Shown here: positions 20,375-28,070 of the stretch, piece after piece
Layout of the letters: each line of letters opens with the position of its first letter
Position numbering within the stretch: position 1 is the stretch's first letter
DNA from: Candidatus Poribacteria bacterium
GTDB lineage: Bacteria; Poribacteria; WGA-4E; WGA-3G
DNA length: 64,000 nt
Direction: 5' to 3'
NCBI GenBank assembly: GCA_965214095.1
Contig: OZ243938.1
Location: 256,001 to 320,000, forward strand
Made by a program: the position numbers and the translations under genes
Notes under the pieces: model-generated
What the model was told of the DNA's origin: nothing
The model's database searches: none
The model's input: the letters and a program-made list of their open reading frames with translations, nothing else

Positions 20375-21988
20375 TTGAATAGTGTGTTCTTTAAATTCAT
20401 AAGTATACTCTTCTTCTGCATTTTTCTTGTCTGTAATGGATATACTGCTGAAATTCAGTTCATAGATGTTACAGAAGCAGCAGGTATCCACTTTCAGCAT
20501 GCAGGTGGAATTGACCATCACGTGGTGCCAGCATTGGTTGGTTCTGGTGCAGCATGGCGAGATTATGATAATAATGGAACGCTTGATCTTTATATCGGAA
20601 ACAGCACCGCAGTCAGACCTGAACCGGATACTGTCCTACCAAGTAACATTTTGTACCGAAACAACGGAGATGGCACATTTACAGATGTGACAGATATCGC
20701 AGGGGTCGGTGATACTGGTTGGGGAATGGGATGTGCTTTTGCTGATTATGACAACGACGGTGATGCAGATCTTTACGTCACAAACTATAAGGAGAACGTC
20801 TTCTATTTAAACATGGGAGATGCAACTTTCAAAAAGTTCACATCAGGGGCAGGAGGTATTGGACATAAAGGGTTTGGATCTGGGGTTGCATGGGGAGATT
20901 TTGATACAGATGGATTCCTTGAACTTTATGTTGGCAATTATATTGAATATACCAAAGTTCCTCAAGGAGATGAGGTGTTTTTCCCTTACGATTTTTTTGG
21001 GCAAAACAATGTCCTTTATCTGAATAAAGGTGACGGTAGTTTTATTGATATTACCGATTCTGCTAAAGCAAATGGTGGGTTTCACTTGACACTCGGTGTC
21101 GCCGCAGCAGACTATGACAATGACAATGACTTAGACATATATATCGCTAACGACTCGGATCAAAACATCCTATATCGCAACGATAGTGAAATGACGTTTA
21201 TGAATACAAATCAACCGAATGCAAGAAGTCGCACAGGAGATATTCGTGGCGGGATGGGTATTGCTTGGGGAGATTATGACAATGATGGTGCTTTAGACCT
21301 ATTCGTTACAAACTGGCTTGATGAAAACAACGTCCTCTACAGAAATAACGGAGATGGTACATTCACTGATGTATCCACAAAAAGCGGTGTTTTTGAATCT
21401 GGACTTGGTAAGACATGCTGGGGAACGGTATTTTTTGATATGGACAACGACACAGATTTAGATCTGTTTTTCTCCGCAGGTCATATTGACCCTGCAACTT
21501 GGGAAAATCACGGTCAACAGGACGTTCTCATGCAGAATAATGGAGATGGCACATTCACCAACATATCCGAACAAGCTGGACTCCGACAGTTTGAATCACC
21601 GGGGGTTGGCAGAGGAGTCGCTGCTACAGACTATGATGCTGATGGAGATGTAGACCTATTTATCGTAAATAGTGGTGAGAAACCGCGGTTACTTCAAAAT
21701 AACGGTGGAAACAAACTGAATTGGTTGCATATACGCACTGTCGGTGTAGAGAGTAACCGCGATGGGATTGGTACTCGCATCAAAGTTATCACTGGTGATA
21801 CATATCAAATCCGTGAAGTCGCTTCTGGAAGCAGCTACCTATCACAACACAGTCCTGAAGTAGAATTTGGACTTGGAAACCATAAAATCGTTGATAAGAT
21901 TATTCTAAAATGGCCGAGTGGTACTGAACAAACTCTAACAAATATTGCTGTGAATCAAATGCTTATAATAACAGAAAAAGTAGATTGA
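20375..21988 (+). CDS. CRTAC1/ASPIC-UnbV family protein with FG-GAP repeats
   Basis: Signal peptide, repeated DYDNDGxxDLYV and LYRNNGDGTFTDV units, and a C-terminal UnbV domain (SYLSQHS...FGLG...KWPSG). Confidence 0.92.
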   Translation: MNSVFFKFISILFFCIFLVCNGYTAEIQFIDVTEAAGIHFQHAGGIDHHVVPALVGSGAAWRDYDNNGTLDLYIGNSTAVRPEPDTVLPSNILYRNNGDGTFTDVTDIAGVGDTGWGMGCAFADYDNDGDADLYVTNYKENVFYLNMGDATFKKFTSGAGGIGHKGFGSGVAWGDFDTDGFLELYVGNYIEYTKVPQGDEVFFPYDFFGQNNVLYLNKGDGSFIDITDSAKANGGFHLTLGVAAADYDNDNDLDIYIANDSDQNILYRNDSEMTFMNTNQPNARSRTGDIRGGMGIAWGDYDNDGALDLFVTNWLDENNVLYRNNGDGTFTDVSTKSGVFESGLGKTCWGTVFFDMDNDTDLDLFFSAGHIDPATWENHGQQDVLMQNNGDGTFTNISEQAGLRQFESPGVGRGVAATDYDADGDVDLFIVNSGEKPRLLQNNGGNKLNWLHIRTVGVESNRDGIGTRIKVITGDTYQIREVASGSSYLSQHSPEVEFGLGNHKIVDKIILKWPSGTEQTLTNIAVNQMLIITEKVD

Positions 21989-22041
21989 GATAACGAATTG
22001 CAAAGGAAATAACATAGTTTGAAGTAGATAAAACAAAATTA

Positions 22042-22070
22042 TTGACATTTTTTAAGTAATTTTGTATGAT
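22042..22070 (+). promoter_or_regulatory. sigma70-type promoter for the malectin-like gene pair
   Basis: TTGACA-17 bp-TATGAT. Confidence 0.65.
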
Positions 22071-22094
22071 TCCTTTCAATATTTATGCTAATGA

Positions 22095-22119
22095 AATAAT
22101 CAGAGTAACTCTGATTATT
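22095..22119. promoter_or_regulatory. Perfect 11-bp inverted repeat in the 5' leader (operator or RNA hairpin)
   Basis: AATAATCAGAG-TAA-CTCTGATTATT. Confidence 0.5.
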
Positions 22120-22162
22120 CTGTAAATGAATATAAACAGAATTTCCAATAAAGGAGAATATA

Positions 22163-22810
22163 ATGCACAGAAAGTTAATAATCTGCCTATGTATATTACT
22201 TATTACAGTGCTAATTCACGATGCGATGCCTGCAGAAGAGATTCGTGTGATTGGCGGTGTAAATAATGATTATAAAGATGCGGATGGACGTTTATGGTAC
22301 TCTGGACAGAAAGAGAAACAAGACTGGGGTGGTTGGATTACGTTACTACCACGGACAGCAGCGGAGGCAGTACTTACTGCAGACGCAAAAAAGTTAGCTA
22401 AAGAGGAAGGTTATGATGAGGTCATCTTCCATGCTGTAAGTTGGGCACAATTTCCAGCAATCGTTGAAGTTGATTTGAACACTGGAAAAGGATTTTTTGA
22501 CGTGACCTATCTCGTCGGTGAGCATTGGTCCCCGAAAAACCGAGGATTTGATATAATCATTGAAGACGAAGTGGTAGAAGCACTCTATGTCACGCCAGGT
22601 GATAATGAGATTGACATTAAACGTTACGAAGGCATTGAAGTTAAGGACAAAGTAATGAGTCTCGTTTTCGCTGGTAATAAAGAGACTGGGGCAGGTGACC
22701 TTAACGCAATGTTCAGTGGAATTGAAGTTGTTCCATCCAAATTAGATGTTGACCCAAAACAGAAACTAACTACAACTTGGGGTGCTCTTAAAGGGCAACA
22801 CCAAGACTAA
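22163..22810 (+). CDS. Secreted malectin-like carbohydrate-binding protein with C-terminal KLTTTWG motif
   Basis: Signal peptide; GG...YKDADGRLW, RGFDIIIE and AMFSGIEV resemble the malectin fold; ends VDPKQKLTTTWGALK. Confidence 0.7.
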   Translation: MHRKLIICLCILLITVLIHDAMPAEEIRVIGGVNNDYKDADGRLWYSGQKEKQDWGGWITLLPRTAAEAVLTADAKKLAKEEGYDEVIFHAVSWAQFPAIVEVDLNTGKGFFDVTYLVGEHWSPKNRGFDIIIEDEVVEALYVTPGDNEIDIKRYEGIEVKDKVMSLVFAGNKETGAGDLNAMFSGIEVVPSKLDVDPKQKLTTTWGALKGQHQD

Positions 22811-22826
22811 CCTAATGGAGATAAAA

Positions 22827-23471
22827 ATGAGATTTTTGAGTATTTTGACTTTAACGCTGTTTATTGCGGCTGCATTGTTACCGTGCTTACTCTCTGCTGA
22901 GGAATATCGTGCCCGTGGTGGTACTGCGGATGACTATACTGACTCACAAGGACGTGTGTGGTATGGTGCACAAAAAACTGACCAAGACTGGGGTGGATGG
23001 ATTGAAACCGAACCACGCACTGCCGCATCCGCTAATCTAACAGATGACGCGAAGGCACAAGCACAAGAAGCAGGTTACGATGAAGTCCTCTTCCATGCAG
23101 TCAGTTGGGCGCAATCCCCTGCCACCGTCAAGTATCAATTCAAAACTGGCAATGGCTTTTTTGACGTGACCTATCTCGTCGGTGAGCATTGGTCCCCAAA
23201 CAACCGAGGTTTTGATATTTTCATTGAAGACGAAGTCGTTGAAGCACTATATGTCACACCCGGTAGGGATGAAATTGACATCAAGACCTACAATGGTATT
23301 GAAGTTACTGATGAAACACTTGATTTCAACTTTGTAGGAAATGAAGAAACTGGTGCAGGCGACCTTAACCCAATGTTCAGTGCGCTTGAAGCTGTAGAAA
23401 GTGCTGCTACTGCTGTTGACCCCAAGGCAAAGTTAACAACCACATGGGGTGCGTTGAAAAGTAATCGATAA
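22827..23471 (+). CDS. Paralogous secreted malectin-like protein with C-terminal KLTTTWG motif
   Basis: Colinear with the upstream paralog; start MRFLSIL after GGAG; ends VDPKAKLTTTWGALKSNR. Confidence 0.7.
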   Translation: MRFLSILTLTLFIAAALLPCLLSAEEYRARGGTADDYTDSQGRVWYGAQKTDQDWGGWIETEPRTAASANLTDDAKAQAQEAGYDEVLFHAVSWAQSPATVKYQFKTGNGFFDVTYLVGEHWSPNNRGFDIFIEDEVVEALYVTPGRDEIDIKTYNGIEVTDETLDFNFVGNEETGAGDLNPMFSALEAVESAATAVDPKAKLTTTWGALKSNR

Positions 23472-23495
23472 TAAACGAGAATATAATATTCAAGA

Positions 23496-23529
23496 AAATA
23501 CCCACGGTGTTTTTCAGCCGTGGGTATTT
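23496..23529 (+). terminator. Hairpin terminator, possibly bidirectional
   Basis: AAATACCCACGG / CCGTGGGTATTT 12-bp stem between convergent genes. Confidence 0.7.
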
Positions 23530-23570
23530 CACGTACGGATTTGTGCTATTATACCAGCAAAGATGACACT

Positions 23571-23980
23571 TTATTCTGGTTCAGGTATCGTCAGGTCACC
23601 GTTCAATATCGTAGGACACCAGAACTTCTCAATATATTCAATGTTCGACCGCGTCCCTCTTCATGACTAACATAAAGCGGTTTGAAGTATACATCGTATC
23701 TGTCAAATCATGCACTAAAACAGCGTTGAAACCCCACTTTACCATTTTTCTAATGGCAAGGAACAACCCAGCATACACATATTTGATGAATTCCCATAAA
23801 TATCAGGTTCTGAATGTTTTTATGAGCAAGCTATACACTTCCTGTCCATTGTCACTGATTACATTACCTGCATCAATTTCTATGACTGGGTGTTGTTGGT
23901 GCCATACCCCATATATTTTTGTCTCACCCGTGCCTGAACCACCATATATATCATTTCACATGAGTGCTTCCCATTTATTG
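23571..23980 (-). pseudogene. Frameshifted remnant of an isochorismatase/cysteine hydrolase family gene
   Basis: Fragments lie in different frames: VWHQQHPVIEIDAGNVISDNGQEVYSLL, FMGIH/NMCMLG, AIRKMVKWGFNAVLVHDLTDTMY, YVSHEEG and VEHIEYIEKFWCPTI. Several frameshifts; the 5' part is missing. Confidence 0.7.
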
Positions 23981-24017
23981 CCAAAAAAATAAGATTATTC
24001 TGCTTAAAAAATAGGCA
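23979..24017 (+). promoter_or_regulatory. Putative tandem enhancer sites for a sigma54 activator (NtrC-like)
   Basis: TGCCAAAAAAATAAGAT and TGCTTAAAAAATAGGCA (the second is TGC-N11-GCA). They are 22 bp apart and about 75-110 bp upstream of the -24 element. Confidence 0.45.
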
Positions 24018-24026
24018 ACAAGATTG

Positions 24027-24067
24027 AGCAGTTAGTATATTGTACATTGAACAATATACTAACTGCT
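24027..24067. repeat. Perfect 17-bp inverted repeat
   Basis: AGCAGTTAGTATATTGT-acattga-ACAATATACTAACTGCT. Confidence 0.85.
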
Positions 24068-24091
24068 TATATTTTCTCTTTTCACAGAACT

Positions 24092-24107
24092 TGGCATTGA
24101 TATTGCA
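24092..24107 (+). promoter_or_regulatory. sigma54 (-24/-12) promoter of the nitrate assimilation operon
   Basis: TGGCATTGATATTGCA matches TGGCAC-N5-TTGCW with exact GG/GC spacing. Confidence 0.75.
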
Positions 24108-24182
24108 ATACCTGCTATGTCTACCTAATTGCAAATCATTATTCCCGTAATATGCGGATTTGGAAAGGTTCAATTCAATAGC

Positions 24183-24788
24183 ATGGAAGCAATCGCTGAG
24201 ACGCAACGTGTTTTAGTCGTTGATAACAAATTGGATAGAATAGAACTGCTAAAGAATGTTGTGGTTAAATCCAATAGGTACAATGTAATCGCACAAGTGT
24301 CTCTAGAACACGGTCTTATAGAACATGTCAAACAGACGAATCCAGATATCATCCTAATATGTGTTGATGTTCCTTGTGATGAGACTTTACACAAAGTTGC
24401 ATCTATTAACAATGAACACCCATGTCCGATTGTAATGTTTGCACAGGATGAACGTTCAGAGACGATTCAAAATGCAACATTGGCGGGAGTATCCGCGTAT
24501 GCTGTTGGAGAACTAAGTAAAGAACGGGTGGAAACGATTATTGAGGCAGCGATTGCTCGGTTTAAAAGGTTTAGAGAGTTGTTACAAGAACTTGAAAAGA
24601 CTAAAACGAGTCTTGCAGAACGCAAAATCATTGAACGTGCCAAGGAATTCGTTGCTCAACAACGCGGTATTACGGAGGCAGAAGCTTATCAGGCATTAAG
24701 AAAGATGGCAATGGATCGCAGAAAACGTCTTGCAGAAATCGCACAAGATGTTCTATCTGTTGCGGAAGTATTGACAAAGAAAATGTAA
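24183..24788 (+). CDS. nasT: ANTAR-domain antiterminator with pseudo-receiver domain (NasT-like)
   Basis: PIVMF and AGVSAY motifs; ANTAR motif LAERKIIERAK...EAEAYQALRKMAMD. The phospho-acceptor Asp position appears to be Cys (ILICVD). Start placed after GGAAAGG. Confidence 0.88.
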   Translation: MEAIAETQRVLVVDNKLDRIELLKNVVVKSNRYNVIAQVSLEHGLIEHVKQTNPDIILICVDVPCDETLHKVASINNEHPCPIVMFAQDERSETIQNATLAGVSAYAVGELSKERVETIIEAAIARFKRFRELLQELEKTKTSLAERKIIERAKEFVAQQRGITEAEAYQALRKMAMDRRKRLAEIAQDVLSVAEVLTKKM

Positions 24789-24924
24789 GTCGGCGTTCAA
24801 CGTTGAACAGCACGACTGATTTTATAGATAAATTTAAAGCAGTCCAACCCATGTAGGTTTGGAAACGGACATAGGTGTCCATTTGGCAAAAGCACAGCTT
24901 TACCGATGGACGCTTTTTTGTTTT
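24788..24924 (+). promoter_or_regulatory. ANTAR-binding RNA leader with overlapping intrinsic terminator (attenuator)
   Basis: Hexaloop hairpins GTTC-AACGTT-GAAC (24795-24808), AACC-CATGTA-GGTT (24846-24859) and GGAC-ATAGGT-GTCC (24867-24880), all with G at loop position 4. The last overlaps the terminator stem GTGTCCAT...ATGGACGC followed by TTTTTTGTTTT. Confidence 0.85.
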
Positions 24925-25000
24925 AACAATTAAATGGTAACAAGAACAATTCTGGATACAACATTAATTGAAACTATAAATCTGGAATAGGAGAATCAAG

Positions 25001-26554
25001 ATGGATCAACTTGAGACGAAGAAAACAAGGTTGAAGAGTGATAATAGTAGAAAAAAGAGAAAACCGAAAATTCATCCTGCTGAAGCACTCAAAAGACAGA
25101 AAAACGGTCTTGATGTGGTAGACGACATACCATACTACGTGAGGAATGGATGGGAATCTATACCGGACACAGAACGTGATAGACTCAAGTATGTCGGTGT
25201 CTTTTACCGTAGGCAGACGCCCGGAGCTTTTATGATGCGTCTTCGGATGACAAGCGGTATTTCCAATTCAGATCAGTTTCGTGCCATCGCATCCATAAGT
25301 GATGAACACGGTCCAGGATTTGTTGATCTTACAACACGTCAACAAATTCAACTACGTGGTTTTACAATTGAGAACGTACAGAACATCTGGAATCAACTTG
25401 ATGAGGTAGGATTAAACTCGTTACAAACAGGGTTTGACAATATCCGAGGCGTAACTGGGTGTCCTGTCGCTGGATTTACTCCGAATGAACTATTTGATGC
25501 TTCACCTGTAGCAAAGAAGTATACAAATATTATTGCGGGTAATAAGGAATTCACAGACCTTCCACGAAAATTCAATGTAGGAATTACAGGTTGCTTGGAC
25601 AACTGCACTCATGCCGCTTCACAAGATATTGCCTTGATACCAGCAATAAAAGAAGTAGATAACGGGGAATTGCAGGGTTTTAATGTATTGGTCGGAGGCA
25701 AAATGGGTTCTGGAGGTTATACTCCTGCACAGGAGCTTGATGTGTTTGTCTTACCTGAAGATGCAGCAGCGTTATGTGCAGAAATTACGTTGATTTTCAG
25801 AGATCACGGTCCACGTACAGTTCGGAACAAATCACGGATGACTTTTCTCATAGCAGATTGGGGTGTGGAGAAGTTCAGGAAAGAATTAGAATCTCGTTTT
25901 CCCAAACCACTCATACCAGCAGGAAAGGATATGCGTGGCAAGACAAAAACAGACCATACAGGTATTTTCTCACAGAAAGAAAAAAACCTTAACTATGTTG
26001 GACTTGTGGTGCCAGTAGGTAGAATTAGCACTGCACAACTATCTGAAGTCGCACGTATTTCTGATGAATATGGCACCGGCGATATACGTTTAACTCAAGG
26101 ACAAAATCTGATAATTCCTAATGTTGCTGATGGGAAAATCGGAGATTTAACTGCTGAACCATTACTTCAACAATTACGATATGATCCATCAGAAGTCATG
26201 CGTGGTATGGTAAGTTGCACAGGTATTGATTACTGTCACTTTTCCCTCATAGAAACTAAAGAACGTGCAATGGAAGCAATTAGACATTTAGAGGCTAAAC
26301 TTGGAAACACACAACCACTGACAGTCCATTGGTCAGGATGTCCAAACGGGTGTGGTAACCATGCCGCTGCTGATATTGGATTGCTTGGGAAGAAAACCAA
26401 AATAGATGGTGTGGTTACCGATGCGGTTGATGTATTTGTGAAAGGAGATTCTGGTCCAAATTCGAAAGTTGCACCGAAATTACTGGAAAATGTTCCATGT
26501 GATGACTTACCGCAAGTTCTTGAAGGTCTCGTGCCTTATCTATCAAGAAAATAA
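25001..26554 (+). CDS. nirA: Ferredoxin-nitrite reductase
   Basis: FMMRLR, LTTRQQIQLR and LPRKFN motifs; siroheme/[4Fe-4S] ligands SCTGIDYC and SGCPNGCG. Confidence 0.92.
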   Translation: MDQLETKKTRLKSDNSRKKRKPKIHPAEALKRQKNGLDVVDDIPYYVRNGWESIPDTERDRLKYVGVFYRRQTPGAFMMRLRMTSGISNSDQFRAIASISDEHGPGFVDLTTRQQIQLRGFTIENVQNIWNQLDEVGLNSLQTGFDNIRGVTGCPVAGFTPNELFDASPVAKKYTNIIAGNKEFTDLPRKFNVGITGCLDNCTHAASQDIALIPAIKEVDNGELQGFNVLVGGKMGSGGYTPAQELDVFVLPEDAAALCAEITLIFRDHGPRTVRNKSRMTFLIADWGVEKFRKELESRFPKPLIPAGKDMRGKTKTDHTGIFSQKEKNLNYVGLVVPVGRISTAQLSEVARISDEYGTGDIRLTQGQNLIIPNVADGKIGDLTAEPLLQQLRYDPSEVMRGMVSCTGIDYCHFSLIETKERAMEAIRHLEAKLGNTQPLTVHWSGCPNGCGNHAAADIGLLGKKTKIDGVVTDAVDVFVKGDSGPNSKVAPKLLENVPCDDLPQVLEGLVPYLSRK

Positions 26555-26646
26555 TCAATAGGTCGGTTACCTGTTTCAACAATCAATGTATATATTCTGA
26601 AATGTCTTTGATTGATCATTAGAAAGGATAATAAATTAGAAAAACA

Positions 26647-27993
26647 ATGGATATAAAAAATAAATCAACACAGATCAATTTGTTTAGTCTGAAATCGGTT
26701 CAGATGCGTACTTTTCATACGACATGGTTCGCATTTTTCTTAGCGTTTTTTGGATGGTTTGGGATCGCACCCCTTATGGCAATTGTGCGCGAAGACTTGA
26801 TGCTAACACAAGTTCAGATCGGAAACACAATCATTGCATCCGTTGCAATAACGGTTTTGGTTCGTATCTTAATCGGTCCTTTATGTGATCGTATTGGCGC
26901 ACGAAAAGCATACACTTGGCTTCTTATTCTGGGGTCAATACCAGTAATGGGTATTGGACTTGCACAGGATTACCATACCTTTCTGCTCTTCCGCTTAGCA
27001 ATCGGTGCGATAGGAGCAGGATTTGTCATTACACAGTATCACACATCTGTGATGTTCGCGCCAAATTGTGTTGGCACAGCAAACGCGACAACTGCGGGAT
27101 GGGGTAATTTAGGTGGTGGTGTAACACAGATGGTCATGCCGCTCATTTTCACAGCAGTTCTGAGTTTTGGTGTGAATGAATTTCTCGGATGGCGATTGGC
27201 AATGATTATTCCAGGAATTGCTTTATTTATGATGGGGTTCGTATATTACTTCTGCACCCAAGATGCCCCAGATGGAGATTATAGAGAACTTCGTAAACAA
27301 GGTAAGATTGAACCGGCAGAAGGAAAAGGAATGGAATCATTCATACTTGCTATTAAAGATTATCGTGTATGGGCACTGTTTTTTATTTATGCAGCCTGTT
27401 TTGGTGTGGAACTAACAATTAATAATGTGGCAGCACTCTACTATCATGACCGTTTCCACTTAGATGTAAAAACTGCAGGTCTGATTGCTGGTTTGTTCGG
27501 ACTGATGAATATCTTTGCGCGTACCGTCGGTGGTTTTTTCTCGGATTTTTTTGCTAAAAAGATGGGATTGAAGGGGCGTGTTGTGTTCCTCTTTGTTGTT
27601 CTTTTGGGTGAAGGTATCATGCTTATGTTATTCTCACAAATGTCAGTTCTGATTGTGGCAGTTGGAACGATGATTGTGTTCAGTCTCTTTGTTCAGATGT
27701 CAGAAGGTGCAACCTTTGGCATTGTCCCATTTATCAATAGAAAAGCATTGGGGGCGGTTGCTGGAATTGTTGGAGCAGGGGGAAACGCGGGGGCTGTCGC
27801 TGCAGGTTTCCTTTTCCGTGCGGAAAGTATATCTACACAACAAGCATTGTTTTTCCTTGGTATTATGGCAGTTATTGCTTCATTTTCTACTTTATTGGTA
27901 AGGTTCTCACCTGAGGTACAGGATGCGGAGAAAAAAGCGTTTGCTGCGGCACTTGCAGAAAAACAACGTCTCAATGCAGATGCGGGAATATAA
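26647..27993 (+). CDS. narK: Nitrate/nitrite MFS transporter (NarK/NRT2 family)
   Basis: Nitrate signature ANATTAGWGNLGGG, plus FGVELT and GIVGAGGN. Confidence 0.93.
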   Translation: MDIKNKSTQINLFSLKSVQMRTFHTTWFAFFLAFFGWFGIAPLMAIVREDLMLTQVQIGNTIIASVAITVLVRILIGPLCDRIGARKAYTWLLILGSIPVMGIGLAQDYHTFLLFRLAIGAIGAGFVITQYHTSVMFAPNCVGTANATTAGWGNLGGGVTQMVMPLIFTAVLSFGVNEFLGWRLAMIIPGIALFMMGFVYYFCTQDAPDGDYRELRKQGKIEPAEGKGMESFILAIKDYRVWALFFIYAACFGVELTINNVAALYYHDRFHLDVKTAGLIAGLFGLMNIFARTVGGFFSDFFAKKMGLKGRVVFLFVVLLGEGIMLMLFSQMSVLIVAVGTMIVFSLFVQMSEGATFGIVPFINRKALGAVAGIVGAGGNAGAVAAGFLFRAESISTQQALFFLGIMAVIASFSTLLVRFSPEVQDAEKKAFAAALAEKQRLNADAGI

Positions 27994-28070
27994 CAGCCTA
28001 ACAATCTAATGTTATCTCTATTATTGTAGCAACACAACATTAAACAGAGTCTTACTCTATTTTTCAAACT

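Noticed and set aside
20560-21700. Recurrent AACGGAGATGG/GATTATGACAA DNA repeats
   Set aside because: They are explained by FG-GAP protein repeats of the ASPIC/UnbV protein.
23663-24206. ORF-track entries 23663-23992 (+) and 23880-24206 (-)
   Set aside because: They overlap a minus-strand pseudogene and the nas regulatory region and show no protein-like motifs.
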